A stretch of 64,000 nucleotides of DNA from a virus. Under the pieces are notes generated by a model that did not search any database, was not told the origin of the DNA, and was given only the letters and a program-made list of their open reading frames with translations. The DNA lies in the IMG/VR virus record IMGVR_UViG_3300020172_005639, positions 1 to 64,000 of that record; one strand, 5' to 3'. Shown piece after piece: positions 56,481 through 64,000 of the stretch (positions are counted from its first letter, which is position 1; each line of letters opens with the position of its first letter). The position numbers and the translations under genes are program-made.

Positions 56481-58034
56481 ATGGACATCGCCGTATATGG
56501 CTGGCATGACTCCTCTGTCTGCGTCAAGGACGGCGGGAAGTATTTTGTTTATGAGTTCGAGCGTTTCGTCAATAGGCGTTACGCAGTCATGACGCAGCAG
56601 TACCCTTCGGCCTCCCAACCGCAAGGCGAGGTCGTGGACTTTCTAAGCTACATCAAACACCGACACCGTGTCCCACACATTGACTTAGTTCTCTGCGACC
56701 AGATATTCGATTGCGACCATCACACTTTCAAGTCGGTCTTCAGCGTGGGGCAGTACCGCAAGTTTGGCCACCACTTAGCCCATGCCTATGGAGCCTACGC
56801 GCAGAGCCCATTTGAGAACTGCTTCGTAATATCCTATGACGGTTCAGGCGAGAATGAGGACGGCAGCAACAGCAGCTTCACGGTTTGGAGTGCAAGCCCT
56901 GATGGCATGGCTCTACTGAACGATTTTCAGCCATACTTCTCGCACAGCTTGGGCAACTGCTACCTAGCCCTAACCGTGCCGCTGGCATCAATAAAGAAGC
57001 CCGTAAAGGACCCAGACAACTACTATTTCTATGGCGGCAGCGCAGGCAAGCTCATGGGTCTGGCCGCATTCGGCACACCGGTAGAGGACTGGAAACCCCA
57101 CTTCCGTGCTTTTTTTGACGGAGGAAGAGTTTGCGATGAAAAGAGTTTGAGCGATAGCATAGGCATCGATATCGGGCGCTTCAACCACTTGCACGGGCAG
57201 ACTGAATTCGACTTTGCTGCCACTATTCAGTGGGCTTTTGAAGACAAGTTCTTTAGGATTTTTGACACCTTGGGCATTCCTCAAGGATCAAGCATTTGCA
57301 TGACTGGCGGATGCGCCCTGAACATAAATGTCAACCAGAGGCTGGCTGACATGGGATACAAACTGTTTGTTCCGCCAAATCCATCTGATTGTGGGCTGAC
57401 GCTAGGGATGCTAAGCGCGCATCATGGCGACAGGAATATCGACGTCACCTATTCAGGCTTCGATATTCTCGACCACGAAGCTCATGGGCTCCGCAGCGAG
57501 CCGATGGACATTGCCGGACTCGCTTCCAGTCTGTTTTTCCGTCGCAAGATAGTGGGCTTGATACAGGGCTCCTCTGAATGTGGGCCTAGAGCTTTGTGCA
57601 ACCGCAGTATAATTTGCTATCCAGATATTCCTATGCTCAAGGAGAGAATCAACTCTGACATCAAGTTCAGAGAGTGGTTCAGGCCTTTTGGAACCGTTGT
57701 GAGGGCAGAGGATATAGACAGGTTCTTCGTGAACGGCAGAGAGTCGAGATTCATGAGCTTATGTCCGACGCTTCGCAAAGAGTACCAGTTTCCCAGCATA
57801 ACCCACGTGGACGGCACCTGTAGGGTCCAAACCGTTTCGGCATCGCAAAATCCTCTGGCGCACTCTCTGCTTTCGGAACTGGAGAACCTCGGGGCTTTGC
57901 CGATTCTCCTCAACACCAGCTTCAACACGAAGGGCAAGCCAATTCTCACTAGGCTCTCTGATGCTGCTGCAACGCTTCACGAAACAAAGCTTGAAGGTTT
58001 CTATTACGAGGGCAGGTTTTATGAGAGGGCATAG
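56481..58034 (+). CDS. carbamoyltransferase (NodU/CmcH family)
   Basis: HDSS, ERF, HHLAHA, DGSG, GKLMGLAAFG, GGCALN, ECGPRALCNRSI, KFREWFRPF, THVDGT-RVQ, LNTSFN. Confidence 0.92.
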   Translation: MDIAVYGWHDSSVCVKDGGKYFVYEFERFVNRRYAVMTQQYPSASQPQGEVVDFLSYIKHRHRVPHIDLVLCDQIFDCDHHTFKSVFSVGQYRKFGHHLAHAYGAYAQSPFENCFVISYDGSGENEDGSNSSFTVWSASPDGMALLNDFQPYFSHSLGNCYLALTVPLASIKKPVKDPDNYYFYGGSAGKLMGLAAFGTPVEDWKPHFRAFFDGGRVCDEKSLSDSIGIDIGRFNHLHGQTEFDFAATIQWAFEDKFFRIFDTLGIPQGSSICMTGGCALNINVNQRLADMGYKLFVPPNPSDCGLTLGMLSAHHGDRNIDVTYSGFDILDHEAHGLRSEPMDIAGLASSLFFRRKIVGLIQGSSECGPRALCNRSIICYPDIPMLKERINSDIKFREWFRPFGTVVRAEDIDRFFVNGRESRFMSLCPTLRKEYQFPSITHVDGTCRVQTVSASQNPLAHSLLSELENLGALPILLNTSFNTKGKPILTRLSDAAATLHETKLEGFYYEGRFYERA

Positions 58035-58521
58035 CGTGTTGAAGATTTTGCTTGATGAGGAGTATATCCTCGTTCTGGATACGGACAGTTTAATTATCGA
58101 CTTTTATCGTGAGATATGCTCGTTTTGCACGGGTCATGATGCGGACTCATGTCGGAGCATGGTTGAGTCCGATCGTTTCCATGATGATTTTCAGGATGAG
58201 AACCCTTTTTCGGTGAATATCAAATACAAGGATGACGGGGAGGGCGGTGAAACCCCTTGCTCTGTCTGGCTAAACAAACGATATGGCTGCGACGAGGATG
58301 GCAACTTCGGTTTATTGGATGAGAACAACTTTCAGTCCTACGGCTTTCCTGCGCCCATGAGCGTCGGTATATTCTTCCTGACTGAGCCCACGCAGACCCA
58401 GATAAACTTGATTCGGTCAAGGGCCGAGGCGTTTCTGGCAGAGCGCAAGCCCTCCCCGAAGCTTGAGTCTCTTCGCCTTATCACCCATACCAAGTACGGC
58501 GAAGAGCGCGTCCTGAGCTAG
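58021..58521 (+). CDS. hypothetical protein
   Basis: ORF between the carbamoyltransferase and dnaE-C. Confidence 0.6.
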   Translation: MRGHSVLKILLDEEYILVLDTDSLIIDFYREICSFCTGHDADSCRSMVESDRFHDDFQDENPFSVNIKYKDDGEGGETPCSVWLNKRYGCDEDGNFGLLDENNFQSYGFPAPMSVGIFFLTEPTQTQINLIRSRAEAFLAERKPSPKLESLRLITHTKYGEERVLS

Positions 58522-58528
58522 GAGAGCT

Positions 58529-61273
58529 ATGAGCAAGGAATCGTTCGTAGCCATTTGCGAGGATGCGTTCAAGTCGAAGGGCTTGCAGAAAAACCCTAGG
58601 TTTGTCAAGCGCTTCCGCTGGGAGATCGATGAAATCCTCGGTAAGGAGGATCACCAGTACTTTCTTGACCTTGTTGAGAGCAAGACGCGCTACCCCATGA
58701 ACCAGAACAACCTTCTGGTCTGCTGGCTGCTGGGCATAGTTCCCGACTTCGACATAGAGAGAGAGCCTGCGAGCGTCTTCACGGGCGACTTGCCCGATAT
58801 CGATATTGACTACCTCCCTGAAATCAGGGAGTACCTCAAGAACAGGTGGTCGATCGAAAAATTTGGCTCAGAGCACGTCTGCAATATCGGCAGCTATACT
58901 ACGTTCGGAATCAAGTCGGCGCTGATCGACATGGCCAGGGTCCACGAGGCTCCCCGTGAGGAGGTCATGGCCATCACCAAGAACCTAGAGGACAAGGACG
59001 AGGACGGGAAACTGTTGACCTGGGACTCTGCAGTCCGCATCCACCCCGAGCTCAAGCAGTATGCTGAAAAGCATCCAGAGGTCGCTGAGGCTGCTAAGAA
59101 CTTGCTGAACAGGAACCGTGCGATGGGTGTCCATGCCGGTGGCCTTATCATATCGAGCATTCCGCTACACGACCTAGTTCCGTTGGTGAAAAGAAAGGAG
59201 GCACCGCAGGCTTCCGCTTGGGTTGAAGGTCTGCACGGGCAAGAGCTCCAGCCCGTCGGGCTGGTGAAGTTCGACCTTTTGGTGATCAGTAACCTACTCC
59301 AGATTGCCAGATGCTGCGACCTCGTCAAGAAGCGCCACGGATTGCAGGGGATTTGCGCAAGGCCAGAGGAGTCCGACTGGACAGACGTGCACGCTTGGCG
59401 AGACAACCCCAAGTCCCTCGCAATGGCGAACGAGGGCGACCTCAAGTGCATCTTCCAGTTCGACAGCGAAGGGATGCGCGCCCTCGTGAAGTCTGGCGGC
59501 GTGAACAGGTTCGAGGACATGGTGGCATACTCTGCTCTCTTTAGGCCAGGTTGCTTGGCCAGTGGCATGACGAAGCTTTACATTGAGCGCAAGCGGGGCA
59601 GGGACTCCTTTGAACTTCACCCGATCATGCAGCCCATACTCGAGAAGACTTACGGCATCATGGTCTACCAAGAACAGATCATGCAGATCCTCCATGTGGT
59701 CGGGGAAATTCCCCTCAAGGACTGCGAGGCAGTAAGGAAGGCAATCAGCAAGAAGAAGATCGAGCAGTTCATCAAGTACAAGGAGCAGTTCGTAATCAAT
59801 GGCCAGCGCAAGCTCTCGTCCAGCGAGAAAGAACTAGAGGCGCTGTGGAGCCAGATCGAGTCATGGGCCGGCTACGGCTTCAACGCGTCTCATGCCGTCG
59901 CATACACCTATATCTCTATGTGGCTCCTTTATCTGAAGTCCCACTACCCCTCGGAGTTCTACACGGCGATATTGAGCTGCGAAACGCTTAGTGACAAGAT
60001 CAAGGACGTGAAGATGGAGGCTCGCATCCACGGCGTCGAGATGCACAGGCTAGACGTGAACAAATCCTCGCCCAACTTCAGCCTTGTCAACGAGGTCATC
60101 TACTATGGCTTCCAGAACGTGAAGGGGATCGGAGAGGGCCCGGCGCAGAGGCTCGCAGCAAACGCGCCATACAAGTCCTTCGAGGACTTCGTTGTCAGGT
60201 TCGGAACGGACGCCGGAGTGCTCAAGCCCATAGTCGCGCTGCGCTGCTTCAGGGACTGCGACCCTGTCACTTTGTGGAAGTTTGCAGATCACTACAAGGA
60301 CAGACTTAAGAAGATAGAGGACAGGCGCAAAAGGTTTGAGTCTTCGCTCTTGGGATATGAGGAGGAGTTGCAGTCGCTGCTTCCTGGATTTCCCAAGAAG
60401 TTGTCTGATTTTAATGGCGAAAACCCGTTCGATCACAGGATTTTCAAGGAAAAGTTCGACATTGACCAGGAGATCCTGACCGTTAAGACAGTTCCCTGTG
60501 ATCTGGGGGAGGGAGAGGCTGTCGTTGAGAACGAGTTCGTGGACGTGCCTGACGGTGATGCCACGATAGAAAGGATCGTTAAGAAGCATTACAAAAAGAT
60601 AGAGGTCAAAAAGACTTTTAACAGGTGGAAGGAGCTCAAGAAGCTGTGGGTCAAGCGCCAGAAATCCATAGACAGGCAGAACGCGCTGGCAAATGACGAG
60701 ATGCCCAAGCTGGTTCACTTCAACCCAGAGGACCATCCAATCGACGGAGAGTTGCTGCGGGAGCTCCGCAACCCCGTAGCGTGCGAGGAGAAGTTCTACG
60801 GGTTTGCTTGGATTCATGAGCTGGAGCGAAGTCCAGACTATACGGGCAACAAAACTTTCTCCGACTGCAAAAACGTTGCCGAAGGCGCAGCCTACCCCGT
60901 GGAGATGAAGGTCAAGAAGACGGTGGAAGCCAAGAGCCGCAAGGGTCATTCCTACCGTCAGGTCATAGCAGAGGACGCCACCGGGGCAGAGGCGAAGATC
61001 AATGTTTGGTCTGATGACTGGTCTCGCTGGCAGTCAGAATTAAAGGTGGCTAACTTACTTAGAGTAAGGCTGCAACCGCCCTCTGGCGGCTTCAATACCT
61101 ACACTCTGGAGTCCAACCAGCAGGGCAAGTTCCGTGGAAGGCTCCGGTACAGGGACAAGGACGATGATCCGAGAATCTTCGTCATGAAGCCGGGCGTCAA
61201 GGAAGACGAAAAGTTCATGACTGACGAGGAAGTCCTTGCGCAGTTCGAGAAATGCAACGTGGAAAACCCATGA
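58529..61273 (+). CDS. dnaE: DNA polymerase III alpha, C-terminal part (catalytic palm, fingers, HhH, OB)
   Basis: LPDIDIDY, HAGGLII, GLVKFDLL, IFQFDS, ALFRPG, TYGIMVYQEQIM, YGFNASHAVAY, KGIG. Confidence 0.92.
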   Translation: MSKESFVAICEDAFKSKGLQKNPRFVKRFRWEIDEILGKEDHQYFLDLVESKTRYPMNQNNLLVCWLLGIVPDFDIEREPASVFTGDLPDIDIDYLPEIREYLKNRWSIEKFGSEHVCNIGSYTTFGIKSALIDMARVHEAPREEVMAITKNLEDKDEDGKLLTWDSAVRIHPELKQYAEKHPEVAEAAKNLLNRNRAMGVHAGGLIISSIPLHDLVPLVKRKEAPQASAWVEGLHGQELQPVGLVKFDLLVISNLLQIARCCDLVKKRHGLQGICARPEESDWTDVHAWRDNPKSLAMANEGDLKCIFQFDSEGMRALVKSGGVNRFEDMVAYSALFRPGCLASGMTKLYIERKRGRDSFELHPIMQPILEKTYGIMVYQEQIMQILHVVGEIPLKDCEAVRKAISKKKIEQFIKYKEQFVINGQRKLSSSEKELEALWSQIESWAGYGFNASHAVAYTYISMWLLYLKSHYPSEFYTAILSCETLSDKIKDVKMEARIHGVEMHRLDVNKSSPNFSLVNEVIYYGFQNVKGIGEGPAQRLAANAPYKSFEDFVVRFGTDAGVLKPIVALRCFRDCDPVTLWKFADHYKDRLKKIEDRRKRFESSLLGYEEELQSLLPGFPKKLSDFNGENPFDHRIFKEKFDIDQEILTVKTVPCDLGEGEAVVENEFVDVPDGDATIERIVKKHYKKIEVKKTFNRWKELKKLWVKRQKSIDRQNALANDEMPKLVHFNPEDHPIDGELLRELRNPVACEEKFYGFAWIHELERSPDYTGNKTFSDCKNVAEGAAYPVEMKVKKTVEAKSRKGHSYRQVIAEDATGAEAKINVWSDDWSRWQSELKVANLLRVRLQPPSGGFNTYTLESNQQGKFRGRLRYRDKDDDPRIFVMKPGVKEDEKFMTDEEVLAQFEKCNVENP

Positions 61274-61773
61274 CTGAAGAACTCCATATCGACGAAAGCA
61301 ACTTTAATGACTACTTCAGGGATTGCCGGATAAGCAAGCCGGAACGTGGCGACGTGATGGCCTGTTACACGGCCGTAGCAGAGTTTGTCGATGGCCACAT
61401 GAAAAAGGACATCATTGATCTCCTCGCCAACAATGAAAAGGCAGTGGCGGCAACCAACGTCATGCGGAAGCTAGGCTGTGCAACACAGCGCGACGCCTTT
61501 CGAGTCTGCCGTGAGATCGCTGAAGACCTCGACTCCGGGCTTTCTGCCGAGGAGGTTGAGAAGAAGAGCTATAGGTATCAGTTTGAAATGTTCTTCTACA
61601 CGAAAAAAGAGTACGTTCCGATCGACGATCTGCACTGGTCCATCATCAATATCGCCAACCTAGATGCCTTCCTTGACAACCAAAATAGGAAGGTGACCAT
61701 CTCCAGCAAAATCATAGACCCTTCCACTCCTGTTGAAGACAAGATGGAAGAGCCAGTTTCGGTGGCGGAATGA
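61270..61773 (+). CDS. hypothetical protein
   Basis: ORF overlapping the dnaE stop. Confidence 0.7.
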   Translation: MTEELHIDESNFNDYFRDCRISKPERGDVMACYTAVAEFVDGHMKKDIIDLLANNEKAVAATNVMRKLGCATQRDAFRVCREIAEDLDSGLSAEEVEKKSYRYQFEMFFYTKKEYVPIDDLHWSIINIANLDAFLDNQNRKVTISSKIIDPSTPVEDKMEEPVSVAE

Positions 61774-61777
61774 TGAG

Positions 61778-62332
61778 ATGCGTTCAGAAAATTTCGTCCT
61801 TATAGACAATCTACGAGTGGCGAAGCCAGGCTGCTTCGCAAGGTGCAGGGCTTACGAAAACGAACGCTACAGAATCGATCACTGGTTCTATTGTCGCGAC
61901 ATTTTTCACCACGTGCTGTCCAAGTTGGACATATTTTTCTTCAGCCACAAGATCGGCCAGTCCAGAGGTATTATAGCCTTCATGCTCAAAGCAGAGGAGA
62001 TGCTGTGCGTCTCCCCGAGGTCCGATTATGGCCTTACCCAGCGGAAGACCGTGATGTGGGTAAGGCCAAGTAGTTGGTGGATTAGGCATGCCATGAGGCG
62101 CTCCTTATTCACAATTCTTCTGCGCGCCAGTCTTGAGTATGACGCCAAGATAGAGAACTTCAAGGAAACGCTTTTAAAGGACAAGTACCTTTGCGAAACC
62201 ATTTATGCGGTAGAGAGGTTTTTTTCAGGACATACGAGGTATGTCGGCAGAAAGCGTGGCTGGCACAAGCAATTCTTCCTGTGCAATCCTTCCAAACAGG
62301 AAATCGATAGGCTTTTGGCGATTCCAAAGTGA
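61778..62332 (+). CDS. hypothetical protein
   Basis: ORF, operon packing. Confidence 0.6.
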   Translation: MRSENFVLIDNLRVAKPGCFARCRAYENERYRIDHWFYCRDIFHHVLSKLDIFFFSHKIGQSRGIIAFMLKAEEMLCVSPRSDYGLTQRKTVMWVRPSSWWIRHAMRRSLFTILLRASLEYDAKIENFKETLLKDKYLCETIYAVERFFSGHTRYVGRKRGWHKQFFLCNPSKQEIDRLLAIPK

Positions 62333-62341
62333 GGTTAAAAA

Positions 62342-62971
62342 ATGGACAGAATAGAAATAATCAATCGGCTCATATCGGAATTCTGCCTCGACAGGTATCT
62401 GGAAATCGGCGTCTGGAGGGGCGACTGCTATTTAAGAGTCACATGTAAAGAGAAGGTTGGAGTGGATCTATTCCCAATCTATCAAGATGGCGTGCACGCC
62501 ATGACAAGCGACGAATTCTTCAGGACTTACCAAGGCCCCAAGTTCGATCTGGTTTTCATAGATGGCAACCATGAATCAGAGCAGGCATACCGAGACATCA
62601 GGAATGCTTTGGGAAGCCTCAGCGACCATGGTTTCGTGGTTTGCCACGACTGCTGCCCTCTCTCCGAGATCGAGCAGCGCGTCCCACGAGAGCAGGATCT
62701 CTGGACTGGAGACGTTTGGAAGGCCATACATTCTTTGCGAGTCGACAGGGATGACGTGAGTGCAACAACGTTCGACTGTGATTATGGCTGCTGTGTCATC
62801 TCAAAGTTCCCTTCAGTCGCTTATCGTCCACCGACCAAATCCATTGACTGGTCATACTATCAAAGCTATAGCAAGGATTTCTTGAACCTCAAGCCTGCAT
62901 CCTATTTTGAGCAGTTTATTTTGAATCTCAAAGATGCAATCGCAAAAAACCTACAGAACAGAGATATATAA
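62342..62971 (+). CDS. class I SAM-dependent methyltransferase (Methyltransf_24)
   Basis: YLEIGV, GVD, MTSDEFF, FDLVFIDGNH, HDC, WTGDVWKA. Confidence 0.85.
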   Translation: MDRIEIINRLISEFCLDRYLEIGVWRGDCYLRVTCKEKVGVDLFPIYQDGVHAMTSDEFFRTYQGPKFDLVFIDGNHESEQAYRDIRNALGSLSDHGFVVCHDCCPLSEIEQRVPREQDLWTGDVWKAIHSLRVDRDDVSATTFDCDYGCCVISKFPSVAYRPPTKSIDWSYYQSYSKDFLNLKPASYFEQFILNLKDAIAKNLQNRDI

Positions 62972-62974
62972 ATA
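62965..62974 (+). promoter_or_regulatory. late-promoter-like element (TATATA overlapping a T4-type TATAAATA)
   Basis: TATATAAATA about 28 nt upstream of the 63002 start. Confidence 0.5.
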
Positions 62975-63001
62975 TTAGCCTTCACATAGACAAGGATCGA
63001 C

Positions 63002-63796
63002 ATGAACAGCATGATGGATGACATCAACAAATTCGCTAAGATCTGGGACAAGGCCGTGGAGAGCGGCGTCTTCGGCGATGCGAAGCCGAAAGAGGAACCC
63101 GCCCAGACCCAAGACGATCATGGGGAGGACTTCTTCGGCAACTTTAACAGCAACGAGTACGATATTGATCGCCCGATCAACGAGTGCGATTCCAAGTATT
63201 GGAAGGAGCTTGCCAAATCTGCCAAGGAACGAGCTCCCTATTCATTTGATCTCACAGAAGATAAGGAAATCTCCAAGCCTGCGGCCAAGGAAATGGCCAA
63301 GCGTCTGGGTAGCACCTTCAATCCCGTGTACCCAAACACGATGGGCAAGGATCAAGACCTTGGTACACCCGTCAAGGTAACGCAGAACTGGGGCGTGGGC
63401 GGCAAGGAGTTGAACGACCTTGAGGATCTCAAGAAGAGGCTCTACGACTTGGAGGTCAAGCTTAGCTCTGCAGGCATCATCAAGGTCGAAAAGAAGAAGG
63501 ACAAGGACGAGAGCACCCTCCTGAAGTCCATGGCCGATCTTAAGAAGCAGATCGACGATCTCAGCGACAAGCTTAACGGAAACAGGACGGACGAAGCGAC
63601 TTACAGCGGCGACCCGAAGAGGATCAAGGCGAAGTACTCTGGCATAGACGCGAACGGCAAGCCCTTTAAGGCTGGCGACATGGTCACCTACTTCTCTAGG
63701 ACGAAGAGCATATTCTCGGGACAAGAGGGTGAGAAGGAGTATCGCGACTTCCTTTCTGCAAAAGGTGACGAGGAAGGAATGCCCTATGCTAGCTAG
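63002..63796 (+). CDS. hypothetical protein
   Basis: 264 aa ORF with RBS AAGGA. Confidence 0.7.
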   Translation: MNSMMDDINKFAKIWDKAVESGVFGDAKPKEEPAQTQDDHGEDFFGNFNSNEYDIDRPINECDSKYWKELAKSAKERAPYSFDLTEDKEISKPAAKEMAKRLGSTFNPVYPNTMGKDQDLGTPVKVTQNWGVGGKELNDLEDLKKRLYDLEVKLSSAGIIKVEKKKDKDESTLLKSMADLKKQIDDLSDKLNGNRTDEATYSGDPKRIKAKYSGIDANGKPFKAGDMVTYFSRTKSIFSGQEGEKEYRDFLSAKGDEEGMPYAS

Positions 63797-63810
63797 GGCG
63801 AGAGGTAAAC

Positions 63811-63993
63811 ATGACAGAGTATGACATCAATTATGTAAAGTTTCTCAGCGGAATGATCAGCGAGGAAGCTTACTACGAGCTCCAAGAGGCAGAAGGAAAT
63901 CTCCAGCTTTTGGATAAGTCTAAAAAGGCCTTCAAGATTCTGCCGGGCGACCTTGACGACATCGATCCCGTCAGCAAGCCTCACAAGAATTAG
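63811..63993 (+). CDS. small hypothetical protein
   Basis: 60 aa ORF with RBS GAGG. Confidence 0.55.
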   Translation: MTEYDINYVKFLSGMISEEAYYELQEAEGNLQLLDKSKKAFKILPGDLDDIDPVSKPHKN

Positions 63994-64000
63994 TCGCAAG

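Noticed and set aside
51000-58800. Split intein or frameshift joining the two dnaE parts
   Set aside because: No intein terminal motifs; the parts are separated by several intact unrelated genes
1-64000. Alternative genetic code (stop-codon reassignment as in some jumbo phages)
   Set aside because: Conserved genes are full-length in the standard code and end at TAA, TAG and TGA

Overview
This window looks like a segment of a large (jumbo-type) tailed dsDNA bacteriophage genome: densely coding, standard genetic code, no ribosomal or cellular housekeeping operons. (i) T4-like replication and recombination: gp41/DnaB helicase, gp32-like SSB, UvsX/RecA, UvsY-like, Ski2/Hel308-like helicase and an HhH glycosylase. 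The replicase is a family C DnaE split into two genes 7.4 kb apart with no visible intein. (ii) A short, apparently thumb-less family A polymerase preceded by a ~0.45-0.65 kb hairpin-rich non-coding region and followed by a sigma-like gene and the helicase. (iii) Nucleotide metabolism: PyrB, dCMP deaminase, ThyX, dNMP kinase. (iv) A very large set of glycosyltransferases, methyltransferases, Glf, HldE and a NodU-type carbamoyltransferase. (v) A PrkA/YeaG-YeaH-SpoVR module. (vi) A phage tmRNA. (vii) A collagen-like gene running off the left edge. A palindromic TATATA element recurs upstream of many genes, several of which start with a T4 capsid-targeting-like peptide. All product calls come from motif recognition by eye; no database searches or folding were run.
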